DNA of 32,000 bases from Halostella pelagica (GCA_005954745.1 CP040681.1:1-32000); one strand, 5' to 3'; positions 1-9,078 are shown, numbered from the stretch's first letter. Numbers and translations are program-made. Notes: a model not told the origin generated them from the letters alone.

Positions 1-271
1 CCCCGCGGTCCGACGGTACGCAGATGTTCTCTCTTGATCTGGTTTCTATGCGTTAGACGCTCGCGGCTCCTAAAGACGATTATGGACCGTAAGATATTCT
101 CGCGTATCAGCTCAGCTTCAACGATCTCACCCCGTCTGTTTCTGCAACTGTCACCGAAACGCCGGGAGAAATCCGAGGTTTGCTAAACTCGACTGAGGAC
201 CGCAGTATCGGAGAATTTACTAAGTGGAATATAACAAAGCGACTCTCACGGAGTGATGTTCGTGACTGCCT

Positions 272-460
272 ATGGCTTCGCAACCAGACGGATCGGGACG
301 GAATCGCGGATCGATCACGAACAGACAGTGCCGTAACTGCGGGGCATACGTCTCGAACCAGTTCGCTCGCGTGTTCGGCAACAATCAGAACAGAGTGTAC
401 GCGTGCCTCGATTGCTCGACGACTCGTGACCTCCGTGAAGGGGTTGCTACGGAGGGTTGA
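272..460 (+). CDS. small haloarchaeal zinc-ribbon protein (DUF7563-like)
   Basis: 62-aa ORF with CxxC...CxxC (CRNCGAYVSNQFARVFGNNQNRVYACLDCS), pattern typical of small haloarchaeal zinc-finger proteins; exact start uncertain. Confidence 0.65.
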   Translation: MASQPDGSGRNRGSITNRQCRNCGAYVSNQFARVFGNNQNRVYACLDCSTTRDLREGVATEG

Positions 461-745
461 TCCGTCGCATTCGTCGCAGCGTCGGTCCGTTCGCTCACAC
501 GACAGCTCTGCCAGCCGATGGCTCGCCACGGACGATGTGAGCACTCTGGGAACCAGTTACGAGGAGAACGCTGAGACCCAGCTACCGAGGAGAAAACCAA
601 CGCCGTCGGAAAATCCAAGCCGTAGGATCTTAATAACAATGCCCCAAGGACGGGTACCCCGGAGTAACCGCACTACTATGTCGAGTGTCGAGTATCGCCG
701 CGCGATGGACGAACTGTTCGGTCGGTGTAGACCGTACCAATCACT

Positions 746-1783
746 ATGAATTACGAGACATCGAAGCGCTCGTTCTGGGAGCAGTTTCTCACTGTGGCTC
801 GACAGGTTCCGGTCGACCTCTCAGTCGTCAATTTGTACGTGGTCGCGACCGCCCTGGTGATTACGGTGTTACCGGCAGACGCGACGACGGTGAGGCCGAT
901 CGTTGTCCTGCCTCTGATCGTATTCGTTCCGGGGTACGTCCTCGTTGCGTTCTTGTTCCCGAGACGACACAGTTTGCCCGAACGGTTCCGAACGTTTTCC
1001 GAGGAACGAGTGACAGACGAGACGGCCGGATACATCGATCTGGTGGAACGCGGTGCCCTCGGATTCGGGGTTAGCGTCGCGCTGGTCCCCATACTCGCTC
1101 TGGGAATCTCGGTGGCCGGGTTCGATCTGTCGACGCGGAACATCCTCGGAACGCTGGTCGCGTTCGCCGTTATCGGCTCCGTTCTGGCGGCGTTCCGCCG
1201 CTTTCGCGTCGCGCCGAAACAGCGGTTCACGCTCCCGGTTCGGCGCTGGTTCGTCGGTCTCCACGGAGCGCTGACCGGCGCTGGCTCGGTGACTGGAACC
1301 GTCCTGAACGTCGCACTGGTACTCAGCGTCATCATCGCGCTCGGCACGCTCGGTGGGGCAGTCACATCCCCCGCCGACGGCCAGGCGACCTCCGAGATAA
1401 CGCTACTGACTGAGAACGGCTCCGGCGATCTGGTTTCGGAGGGGTATCCGAGTCAGTTCACCTCCGGCGAGGAGCAGGATATGACGGTTCGAGTGGAAAA
1501 CAACGAACGCGAGGAAACGACGTACACGGTCGTGGTCGTCGTCCAGCGTGTCGATGTCACCGACGGCTCGGCGTCCGTCCTCGAACAGGAGGAGGTGACG
1601 CGACTGCAAAACACGGTCGGACAGAACGAGGTCTGGACGGAACGACACGCCGTCGCGCCGGAGATGATCGGGGAGGATCTGCGACTTCAGTATCTCCTCT
1701 ACAAGGACGGCGTGCCCGATGACCCCAGTCCTGAGAATGCGTACCGATCCGCGTACGTCTGGATCTCCGTCACGGAGAACTGA
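746..1783 (+). CDS. DUF1616 family membrane protein
   Basis: 345-aa ORF; N-terminal TM segments (VVNLYVVATALVITVLP, IVVLPLIVFVPGYVLVAFLFP), RPIxxLPLIxFxPGYxLxxxLFP pattern characteristic of DUF1616; TM hairpin then extracellular domain; stop/start overlap with next gene. Confidence 0.8.
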   Translation: MNYETSKRSFWEQFLTVARQVPVDLSVVNLYVVATALVITVLPADATTVRPIVVLPLIVFVPGYVLVAFLFPRRHSLPERFRTFSEERVTDETAGYIDLVERGALGFGVSVALVPILALGISVAGFDLSTRNILGTLVAFAVIGSVLAAFRRFRVAPKQRFTLPVRRWFVGLHGALTGAGSVTGTVLNVALVLSVIIALGTLGGAVTSPADGQATSEITLLTENGSGDLVSEGYPSQFTSGEEQDMTVRVENNEREETTYTVVVVVQRVDVTDGSASVLEQEEVTRLQNTVGQNEVWTERHAVAPEMIGEDLRLQYLLYKDGVPDDPSPENAYRSAYVWISVTEN

Positions 1784-2364
1784 TGTGGCCCTGGGAACAC
1801 CTCGCGGTGGGATACATCGCGTATTCGCTGTACACCCGTCGACGGTACGGGAGACCACCTGATGGACCGACATCGGTGCTGCTCGCAGTCGGTACGCAAC
1901 TCCCCGACCTCATAGACAAACCGCTCGCGTGGACGTTCGGCGTCTTACCGAACGGATCGTCTCTCGCACATTCGCTTACCTTCGTTGCGCTATTCGTCCC
2001 GACAGTGCTTCTGGTCGCTCGGCTCGCTGACGTTCCACGTTGGGGTGGCGCACTCGCGTTCGGACATGTCAGCCACCTGCCCGGCGATATGCTGTATCCT
2101 CTGGCGACCGACGGTGGAGTCGCTACCTCGTTTCTCCTTTGGCCGTTCGTCCCCGGCCGAGAAACTGCTCCTCGGGGGTTCCTCTTCGAGTTCGAGACGT
2201 ACTTCCTACAGTTCGTCCAGTTCCTCGGCACGCCGAGAGGACAGCTGTACCTCGTTCTGGAACTCGCGCTCGTAGCCGCCGGTCTGCTCGTCTGGAACAG
2301 AGACGGCAGGCCGGTGCTTACGGACGTTCTCGCCCCCGGATCTCATTCTCGTTCTGGAGACTGA
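1783..2364 (+). CDS. membrane-bound metal-dependent hydrolase (YdjM/LexA-binding-like family)
   Basis: 193 aa; WPWEHLAVGYIAYSL... GTQLPDLIDKPLAW...LAHSLTF...HLPGDMLYPL His/Asp pattern; 1-nt overlap with upstream gene. Confidence 0.75.
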   Translation: MWPWEHLAVGYIAYSLYTRRRYGRPPDGPTSVLLAVGTQLPDLIDKPLAWTFGVLPNGSSLAHSLTFVALFVPTVLLVARLADVPRWGGALAFGHVSHLPGDMLYPLATDGGVATSFLLWPFVPGRETAPRGFLFEFETYFLQFVQFLGTPRGQLYLVLELALVAAGLLVWNRDGRPVLTDVLAPGSHSRSGD

Positions 2365-2444
2365 CGTATTCGACTTCTTCGAGCGAGATCGCTGTGACCG
2401 AGATCAGAAGAGAACAGCCGTACCGATCGATCCTCCGATAGCCG

Positions 2445-3449
2445 CTACCGGATCTTCTGGTAGAGGTGGGCCATCTTGTTCATCACGGGCGTCCCGTTTT
2501 CGATGCTGTGGTACGCTTCGAGTTCCGGGCCGAACTTCGCTTTGTACCGGTTGATCCGCGGCGAGTCAGCGCCGACCAGGTCGTAGTACGCCCGGCCGCG
2601 CTCTATCGCGTCGCGCATGACGCGCCAGTCGAGCAGGTCGTTGGTCGCGATGTCGACGTCCGCATCGGTACGGACGCCACCCTGCCACCGGTACACTCGT
2701 TCGCCGTCGTCAAGGACGAGCATGCCGCCGACGAACGTCCCGTCCACGTACAGCGTGTACGGGCGTAACTGCCCATCCGGGAGGCGGTCGAACAGGTCGA
2801 TCACGAACGGCGTCGGCAGATGAAACGAGATGTCCTGTGCCTCGTACCGGTTCCGGACCTGTTCGAGGATCCGCTCTATCGCGGTGTGGCTCCCTTCTTC
2901 GATGACGTAGTCGGCGTCTTCCCCGTCCCGGATGTTGCTCCGCGCGTCGCTGCTGAACCGGCTTTTGACCGCCTCAGTCCCGTCTTCGAGGTCGACGAGG
3001 TACGTGTAATCGGGAGTCACATCGTGGTCGTTCCAGATGAACGGACGGAGGTCGTCGTACCGACTGTCTGTCCGGACGTGGGTGTATTTCGGACCGATAT
3101 CGTTCTCGATACGCTCCATGCACCCGTCGAGGAACCGCTTCAGACGGCGCTCGCGTTTGCGTTGTTTCAGTTTCTCCATGTTCAACACGGCCGGCCCGAG
3201 ATAGGGGACTCGTATCTCCGGCGGCGGCGAGAACGCCGTTGACACGGGTCCTTTCTTGATCTCGAACACCGGAAAGAGCCCCACAGCCTCCTGTCCTTTG
3301 AACCCAGCAAACCGATACAGGTTCGCGCTCGTGTACTCCGCCTGAACGTCGAGTGCGTCGAACTGGTGAAAGAGGTTCGTTCCGTCGGAACGGTCGACGT
3401 AACGGTCCCACTCCTCTGCGTCGTCGATAGTGCGAATTTCAATGCTCAT
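2445..3449 (-). CDS. FemAB/GNAT-fold family protein (lipid II:glycine glycyltransferase-like)
   Basis: 334 aa; GFKGQEAVGLFPVF, YLVDLEDGTEAVKSRFSSDARSNIR, YRWQGGVRTDADVDIATNDLLDWRVMRDAIERGRAYYDLVGADSPRINRYKAKFGPELEAYHSIE: FemAB-like C-terminal signature; distant paralogue of 13470-14474. Confidence 0.75.
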   Translation of the reverse strand: MSIEIRTIDDAEEWDRYVDRSDGTNLFHQFDALDVQAEYTSANLYRFAGFKGQEAVGLFPVFEIKKGPVSTAFSPPPEIRVPYLGPAVLNMEKLKQRKRERRLKRFLDGCMERIENDIGPKYTHVRTDSRYDDLRPFIWNDHDVTPDYTYLVDLEDGTEAVKSRFSSDARSNIRDGEDADYVIEEGSHTAIERILEQVRNRYEAQDISFHLPTPFVIDLFDRLPDGQLRPYTLYVDGTFVGGMLVLDDGERVYRWQGGVRTDADVDIATNDLLDWRVMRDAIERGRAYYDLVGADSPRINRYKAKFGPELEAYHSIENGTPVMNKMAHLYQKIR

Positions 3450-3483
3450 GCGTACGTGCGAGTTTTGATAGTCATGCGGAAGT

Positions 3484-3590
3484 GCGGATGCGGACTTCGG
3501 TGTTCGGCCGCGAGTGTCGCGTGTCGTTGGTCGCGCGCGAGTCTAGCGTGCCGATTCTCATATGCGAGTCTAACGTACCAATGCTCGTGT
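3484..3590. repeat. degenerate 27-nt tandem repeat (about 3 recognisable units, possibly a fourth decayed unit) in an intergenic region
   Basis: units 3510-3536 gcgagtgtcgcgtgtcgttggtcgcgc, 3537-3563 gcgagtctagcgtgccgattctcatat, 3564-3590 gcgagtctaacgtaccaatgctcgtgt. Confidence 0.7.
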
Positions 3591-3602
3591 CATCCCGGTC
3601 GG

Positions 3603-5225
3603 TCATTCGATGTACCCGAGGTTCGCGAGACGGTCCTCGACGCCGCCCTCGTCGGTCGTCGACCGCTGACGGTCGTATTCGGGATAGCTCCGTTCGCCGG
3701 ACGATTCGACGGCCGGGAGGACCGTTCCGTCCATTCGTTCGTCGGCCGCCACGCCCATCGTCGCGAGTACCGTCGGCGCTACGTCGAACAGGTGGGCGTC
3801 CGTCAGGTCGACTGTCTCGTCGATGTCCTCTCCGGCGACGGCGACGATACCGTCTCGCTTGTGGTTCCAGGGTTCGGTCGGTTCGCCGAATCTGGACCCG
3901 GAGAGGCGCGCCGAGAGGAAGTGGTCGAAATCGGACGGTACTGCTATCACGTCGGCCGCTTCGTCGGCATGTGGCCCGTGGAAGTACTCCTCGCGTCGTG
4001 CGACGTCCTCGAACACCGGTTCGCCGTCCGGCGTCCGGACGCCGGAGAGTCGGCGAACGAGGTCGTCGCGGACGGCCTCGTACTCCGACGGCGGGACGAT
4101 CCCCGCTGGTTCGCGTCCTTCGAGGTTGATCCGGACGCCGCACTCGATGCGGGAACGCATGTACGCCCGAGAGTCGGGGAAGTCGACCTGTTCCGTTCCG
4201 GCGCTGACGAGCGACGCGGGGACTCGTTTCGCGACGAAGTCGTCGAGGCCGACGAGTCCGAGCGCTTTCCCGATCCGCTGGCTCGTCACCCCGAACCGAG
4301 CCAGTCCGGTCATCACGTCTGCGAGCGCTCTCTCGTCCGGTTCCGTCTCCGTCTTCCCCGCTTTCAACTGTCCGTCGCGAACGGTCGCCCAGCTGGGCAT
4401 GCCTTCTCCGCCTTTGACCGCAGTCACGTCGCCGGACTCCCGTAGAAACTCGTTGACGCGGAACTCGTGACCGTGGTACCGACCCATTCCGTGGTCGCTT
4501 GCGACCACGACGGTGTCTGGGTCACAGTCGTCTAAGATCGCGCCTACCTGTTCGTCGACGGCCTCGTACACGGCGCGGACGGTTCTCTGGTCTCCCGGCT
4601 GGTCGTGGAAGACGGTGTCCGTGACCTGGAACTCCACGAAGCCGAACTCCGGGTCGAAGCGGTCGACTAGATATCGGAACGCTTCGCCGCGGGAGCGGGC
4701 GACGGACGCGTACTCCTCCCGCTGGGCCGTCTCCCCGTCTACGTCGTTCGGGTAGACGCGGTACGAGCCGATCTCCTCGCGGACGTCCGCTAACAGACCG
4801 GCCGGGTGACAGTTCGGGTCCTCGGGGGCCATGTATCCGGGAACGAGCGCCCCGTCGAACTCGCTCGGAGGATGCGTCACCGGAACGTTCACGACGACGC
4901 TGGATTGTCCGACCGAGTCGAGTAGCCGCCACAGCGGTCGTTCGTCGACGTGCGTCGCGTTGACGACCTCCCAGTCGTACCCGTCGAAGGTAAGAAAGTC
5001 GAACACCCCGTGTTTGCCGGGGTTCATTCCGGTGTACAGCGACGGCCAGGCACTGGCCGTCCACGGCGGGACCTGCGATTCGAGCGGCCCGCTCGCTCCG
5101 TCGTCCAGTAGCCCGGCGAGATTCGGCACGGCACCGTCCGCGACGAGGGGATCGAGGACGCCGTGACACGCCGCGTCGATGCCGATGAGAATCGTCTTCG
5201 GTCCAGTCGTTTCCCGACTCTCCAT
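3603..5225 (-). CDS. alkaline phosphatase superfamily protein (type I phosphodiesterase / nucleotide pyrophosphatase-like)
   Basis: 540 aa; ILIGIDAACHGVLDPL...VPNLAGLL, PPWTASAWPSLYTGMNPGKHGVFDF, VVVASDHGMGRYHGHEFRVNEFL, HKRDGIVAVAGEDI...LFDVAPTVLATMGV: metal-ligand motifs of this superfamily. Confidence 0.85.
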   Translation of the reverse strand: MESRETTGPKTILIGIDAACHGVLDPLVADGAVPNLAGLLDDGASGPLESQVPPWTASAWPSLYTGMNPGKHGVFDFLTFDGYDWEVVNATHVDERPLWRLLDSVGQSSVVVNVPVTHPPSEFDGALVPGYMAPEDPNCHPAGLLADVREEIGSYRVYPNDVDGETAQREEYASVARSRGEAFRYLVDRFDPEFGFVEFQVTDTVFHDQPGDQRTVRAVYEAVDEQVGAILDDCDPDTVVVASDHGMGRYHGHEFRVNEFLRESGDVTAVKGGEGMPSWATVRDGQLKAGKTETEPDERALADVMTGLARFGVTSQRIGKALGLVGLDDFVAKRVPASLVSAGTEQVDFPDSRAYMRSRIECGVRINLEGREPAGIVPPSEYEAVRDDLVRRLSGVRTPDGEPVFEDVARREEYFHGPHADEAADVIAVPSDFDHFLSARLSGSRFGEPTEPWNHKRDGIVAVAGEDIDETVDLTDAHLFDVAPTVLATMGVAADERMDGTVLPAVESSGERSYPEYDRQRSTTDEGGVEDRLANLGYIE

Positions 5226-5249
5226 ATCGGTTCAGTGATGCGAATTTCC

Positions 5250-5259
5250 CTTTGTTATG
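5250..5259 (-). promoter_or_regulatory. candidate basal promoter element (CATAACAAAG)
   Basis: minus-strand CATAACAAAG centred ~30 nt upstream of the start codon at 5225; same octamer recurs in other intergenic regions. Confidence 0.4.
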
Positions 5260-5507
5260 CAGGGTATAGGGCTGGAAACCCGAGACACGGCGTCGAGTAC
5301 GGTGATACTACTGTCCGACTCCGAGAAATTCACGATCAGATCTGAGAACCTGTCCTGTCGATCTGGTCGCAGGGGACCGCTGTTCGTCTCGACGGTTCGT
5401 TCGTCAGACGAAACAGTCGTAGAGATAGGTCGATTGAAAACGGTGCACGTCGTCGATTATCGGTCGCCGACCCGTACGTCGGTCCGGCTTTCGGTAATCG
5501 CCTCGAT

Positions 5508-6059
5508 TCATCGATTCATGTTCACCAGGTCTGCGTCTATCTCTGGTTCGTGGTACCTGTTGTAAAGGTAGTTAGCGACGGCCGAGAGACCGAACGCGAC
5601 GATGATGGCGATGCCGGCGACGTACTCCGGAACCGCGGCGAAAACGGAGACGTCGAACGCGACGAGCGTGTACAGTACCGCGCCTGCGACCGCGACCGCG
5701 AGGTAGTACATCTGCCAGGGGAGCGTCTCCTCGTCGCTGCTGAGATAGCTTCCGAGCTCGTCCGCTCGGTCGGCCAACGTCACTATCCCACTGTCTTGAT
5801 CGTACTCGATGATGCCTGCTTCGTCTAGTTTCGGGATGTGCGTCTGATACAACGAGACGTACACCCGTTTTCGCTGTTGACTTGTGAGTTCCTCGACGTC
5901 CATGTCGTTCTCCCAGGCAGCGACTTCGTCCGCCAGTTCCCGCAGTTCGACTGGCGTCCCTTCCTGGCGCAAGTAGTACAGTACGAACCTGCGTCTAGGG
6001 CTGCTGAGGAGATCGAACACGACGTCCTGCGATAACGCGCTAGTGTCGGATTGAGACAT
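5508..6059 (-). CDS. winged-helix transcriptional regulator with C-terminal TM segments (DUF7344-type)
   Basis: 183 aa; QDVVFDLLSSPRRRFVLYYLRQEGTPVELRELADEVAAWEN...TSQQRKRVYVSLYQTHIPKLDEAGIIEYDQDSGIVTL followed by two hydrophobic segments. Confidence 0.8.
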   Translation of the reverse strand: MSQSDTSALSQDVVFDLLSSPRRRFVLYYLRQEGTPVELRELADEVAAWENDMDVEELTSQQRKRVYVSLYQTHIPKLDEAGIIEYDQDSGIVTLADRADELGSYLSSDEETLPWQMYYLAVAVAGAVLYTLVAFDVSVFAAVPEYVAGIAIIVAFGLSAVANYLYNRYHEPEIDADLVNMNR

Positions 6060-6125
6060 TAATTGAACGCGGTTTGTCAGCTCTGGTATTGCTACCTGCC
6101 CGTACGTAGACTCCTAGAGCGAGGT

Positions 6126-6157
6126 ATACCGGTATCACCACTTTGTTACATACCGGT
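6126..6157. promoter_or_regulatory. palindromic and repeated ATACCGGT sites upstream of regulator gene
   Basis: perfect palindrome ATACCGGTAT at 6126-6135 and direct repeat ATACCGGT at 6150-6157 (24-nt spacing). Confidence 0.35.
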
Positions 6158-6295
6158 TACAGTCAGGGTAACGATGTAATACTAGATATGCACACTCTGA
6201 CGGTGCCTACGGACCGAAAACGCCGGCGCTGGCGTGCTGTCTATCGGCCTGTTGGGTGAAGGTGTCTTATACTCTGGCTCAAGGGGCTGAATAAC

Positions 6296-6330
6296 AAAGG
6301 CATCTGCATAATAAGCAGAGAGTAGCCTTT
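6296..6330 (+). promoter_or_regulatory. nested inverted repeat (hairpin candidate) upstream of operon
   Basis: AAAGGC-a-TCTGC-ataataa-GCAGA-gagta-GCCTTT; both arms perfectly complementary; adjacent to TAACAAAG at 6292-6299. Confidence 0.45.
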
Positions 6331-6450
6331 CATGCCGCTTGCACTGGGATACGGCTGGGGGACCACAACCCGGCATATACGAACAAAACGCACTGAACCG
6401 TCCATCGAGAGACCTCCATCCGAGGAGACCGCGACTCCGGAGGTGAGTAC

Positions 6451-7035
6451 ATGGCAGAGCTCGTGACCGGCGACGGCACTGACGTCGACGAAGGTGCCAC
6501 AGTCGGCTACGAGTACGCCACTGACTGCGGACCGACGGTCCTGGGTGACGACTCCACAGTCCGACACGGATCGATACTGTACGGGGACGTTCGTGCGGGA
6601 GACGAGTTCGTCACGGGACACGGGGTCCTCGTCAGAGAAGAGTCGACGTTCGGCGACGACGTCGTCGTCGGGACCGACACGGTGATCGACGGTCGCGTCG
6701 ATGTCGGGTCTCACGTCAGTATTCAGACCGGCGTCTACGTCCCTCCGGAGAGCACTATCGGCGACAACGTGTTCCTCGGACCTCGGGCCGTGTTAACGAA
6801 CGACGCATACCCCGTCCGCCAGGAGGAGACACTCGACGGTCCGACTATCGAAGACGGCGTCTCCATCGGCGCGAACGCGACGATACTGCCGGGCGTCACC
6901 GTCGGCGCGGGGTCGTTTGTCGCCGCGGGTGCCGTCGTCGACCGCGACGTTCCTCCGGATACCCTGGCGATGGGCGTCCCAGCGGAGTTCGGGCCGCTAC
7001 CGGGCGTTCTCGAAGGTGGGAATCAGATAGCATGA
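6451..7035 (+). CDS. acyltransferase with left-handed parallel beta-helix (hexapeptide repeat), WbpD/WlbB-like sugar N-acetyltransferase
   Basis: 194 aa with hexapeptide repeats (IGDNVFLGPRAVLTNDAYPVR...IEDGVSIGANATILPGVTVGAGSFVAAGAVVDRDVPPDTLAMGVPAE); Shine-Dalgarno-like GGAGGTGAG just upstream. Confidence 0.85.
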   Translation: MAELVTGDGTDVDEGATVGYEYATDCGPTVLGDDSTVRHGSILYGDVRAGDEFVTGHGVLVREESTFGDDVVVGTDTVIDGRVDVGSHVSIQTGVYVPPESTIGDNVFLGPRAVLTNDAYPVRQEETLDGPTIEDGVSIGANATILPGVTVGAGSFVAAGAVVDRDVPPDTLAMGVPAEFGPLPGVLEGGNQIA

Positions 7036-8111
7036 GTGTCCCGATAGCTTCCCCGGACCTGGACGACGCGGAACGGAAACGCGTCGTCGAGGTCCTGGAG
7101 GACGGTCACCTCGCTGACGGTCCGCTCGTCCGGCAGTTCGAATCCGAGTTCGCCGAGTTCTGCGGCGCGGACCGCGGAGTCGCGACGTCGAACGGAACGA
7201 CGGCGCTACACGCCGCGTTTCGTGGGCTCGGCATCGGAGAGGGCGACCGCGTCATCACGACGCCGTTTTCGTTCGTCGCCAGCGCGAACGCGATCAGGTT
7301 CGCGGGCGCGGAACCGGTGTTCGCCGACATCGACCCGGAGACGTACAACCTCGACCCCCACGCGGTCGAAGAGATAGCAAGCGCGGGCGACGTCGACGCT
7401 ATCCTCGCCGTACATCTCTACGGCCTGCCCGCCGAGATGGACCACCTCCGAGATATCGCCGACGACCACGACCTCGCTCTGATCGAGGACGCCGCGCAGG
7501 CACACGACGGCGAGTACGACGGCGAACCGGTCGGTTCCCTCGGCGACGCCGCCTGCTTCTCGTTCTATCCGACGAAGAACATGACGACGGGCGAGGGCGG
7601 CATGATCACCACCGACCGCGATGAGGTCGCCGACCGCGCCGCGCGGTTCATCAATCACGGGCGCACGGACACGTACGAACACGCCGAGGTCGGACACAAC
7701 TTCCGGATGACGAGTATCGCGGCGGCCATCGGTCGCGCCCAACTGGAGAAACTCCCCGGCAACGTCGCGGACCGTCGCTCGAACGCGGCGCGGATCACCG
7801 AAGCAGTTCGCGATGCCCCGTCGCTGACCCCGCCGGCCGAACCGGACGGTCGGCGACACGCGTACCACCAGTACACGGTTCGATGCGAAGACCGCGAGGC
7901 GTTCCGGACACATCTAGAGAGCCGTGACGTGGCCACGAGCGTCTACTACCCTCGGCCGATTCACGACCAACCGGCGTACGCTGACGTGTCCGCCGACGCT
8001 CCGGAGGCCGAGCGAGCGAGCAATGAGGTGGTTTCGCTCCCGGTGCATCAGGGGCTCTCCCAGGACGACATCAGACAGATCACTGACTGCGTCAACACTT
8101 ATCATGACTAA
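7032..8111 (+). CDS. DegT/DnrJ/EryC1/StrS family PLP-dependent aminotransferase (WbpE-like)
   Basis: 359 aa; GVATSNGTTALHAAFRGLGIGEGDRVITTPFSFVASANAI, LIEDAAQAHDGEYDGEPVGSLGDAACFSFYPTKNMTTGEGG with catalytic Lys, GHNFRMTSIAAAIGRAQLEKL; ATGA overlap with preceding gene. Confidence 0.93.
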   Translation: MSVPIASPDLDDAERKRVVEVLEDGHLADGPLVRQFESEFAEFCGADRGVATSNGTTALHAAFRGLGIGEGDRVITTPFSFVASANAIRFAGAEPVFADIDPETYNLDPHAVEEIASAGDVDAILAVHLYGLPAEMDHLRDIADDHDLALIEDAAQAHDGEYDGEPVGSLGDAACFSFYPTKNMTTGEGGMITTDRDEVADRAARFINHGRTDTYEHAEVGHNFRMTSIAAAIGRAQLEKLPGNVADRRSNAARITEAVRDAPSLTPPAEPDGRRHAYHQYTVRCEDREAFRTHLESRDVATSVYYPRPIHDQPAYADVSADAPEAERASNEVVSLPVHQGLSQDDIRQITDCVNTYHD

Positions 8112-9078
8112 GACCAGAGTTGGAGTCATCGGTGTCGGCAGTATGGGCCGACACCATGCGCGGGTGTATCGAGAGTTACCGAACGCCGAACTGTTCGCCG
8201 TCGCCGATGCTGATTCGGACCGCGCACAGGAGGTTGCCGACGATTACGACGCGCGGGTCCTCTCGACCGAGGGGCTGCTTAACGCGGTCGACGCGGTGTC
8301 GATAACGGTCCCGACGGAGTATCACTACGCGGTCGCGCGAGACGCGATAGACCACGGAACGCACGTTCTCGTCGAGAAACCGCTCGTCGACGACCCGGAT
8401 GCAGGGCGCGAACTCGTCGAGTGCGCGGACGAGGCCGGACTCACCTTGCAGGTCGGTCACATCGAGCGGTTCAACCCCGCGGTCCAGACGCTCCAGGATA
8501 TCGTCCCCGACCTGGACGTGATCGCGGTCGACGCCCGGCGACTGGGCCCCCCGGTCGACCGCGAGATCAGCGATAGCGTCGTCCTCGATCTCATGATCCA
8601 CGACATCGACATCGTGCTCTCGCTCGTCGACAACGACCTCGAAACCGTCGAATCGTTCCGAACCGGAGACGATCCGTACGTGGCGGCGTCGCTACAGTTC
8701 GAAAACGACACCGTCGGGACGCTGACGGCGAGCCGCGTCACTCAGGAGCGAGTGCGTCAGCTGTCTATCACGGCCCGCGAGTGCCAGGTCAACGTCGACT
8801 ACATGGAACAGACGGTTCAGATACACCGTCACTCCCTCCCTGAGTACGTCGAGACGAACGGCGACGTCCGCTATCGGAACGAGAACGTCATCGAGCGGCC
8901 GACCGTCGACAACGGGGAACCACTGAAGAAGGAACTCGCGTCGTTCGTCGAGGCCGCGACGACGGGCGAAGAGCCCGAGGTAACGGGGGACGACGGGATC
9001 CGTGCCCTGGAGGTCGCCAGAACTATCGACCGGACGGCGTCCGACCGAACTGTCCGGCCGAGGGAGGTGCGTCACTGA
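8104..9078 (+). CDS. Gfo/Idh/MocA family oxidoreductase (WbpB-like)
   Basis: start ATG at 8104 (in frame with tracked ORF 7924..9078); MTKTRVGVIGVGSMGRHHARVYRELP Rossmann motif, HVLVEKPLVDDP; 8-nt overlap with upstream gene. Confidence 0.92.
   Translation: MTKTRVGVIGVGSMGRHHARVYRELPNAELFAVADADSDRAQEVADDYDARVLSTEGLLNAVDAVSITVPTEYHYAVARDAIDHGTHVLVEKPLVDDPDAGRELVECADEAGLTLQVGHIERFNPAVQTLQDIVPDLDVIAVDARRLGPPVDREISDSVVLDLMIHDIDIVLSLVDNDLETVESFRTGDDPYVAASLQFENDTVGTLTASRVTQERVRQLSITARECQVNVDYMEQTVQIHRHSLPEYVETNGDVRYRNENVIERPTVDNGEPLKKELASFVEAATTGEEPEVTGDDGIRALEVARTIDRTASDRTVRPREVRH

Noticed and set aside
107-749. 145-aa minus and 189-aa plus ORFs near the left edge
   Set aside because: They overlap the better-supported zinc-ribbon ORF in other frames and show no motifs.
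2466-3242. plus-strand ORFs of 100 and 140 aa antisense to the FemAB-like gene
   Set aside because: Antisense frames with no motifs, explained by the GC-rich third-codon-position bias.
3472-4143. 223-aa minus and 215-aa plus (3482..4129) ORFs
   Set aside because: Both overlap the well-supported phosphodiesterase-like gene and are Arg-rich; they extend into the 27-nt repeat only because the repeat period is a multiple of three.
6331-6400. possible tRNA-like sequence (gatacggctgggggaccacaacccggc)
   Set aside because: No consistent cloverleaf, no GGTTCRA-type T-loop and no acceptor pairing could be assembled by eye.
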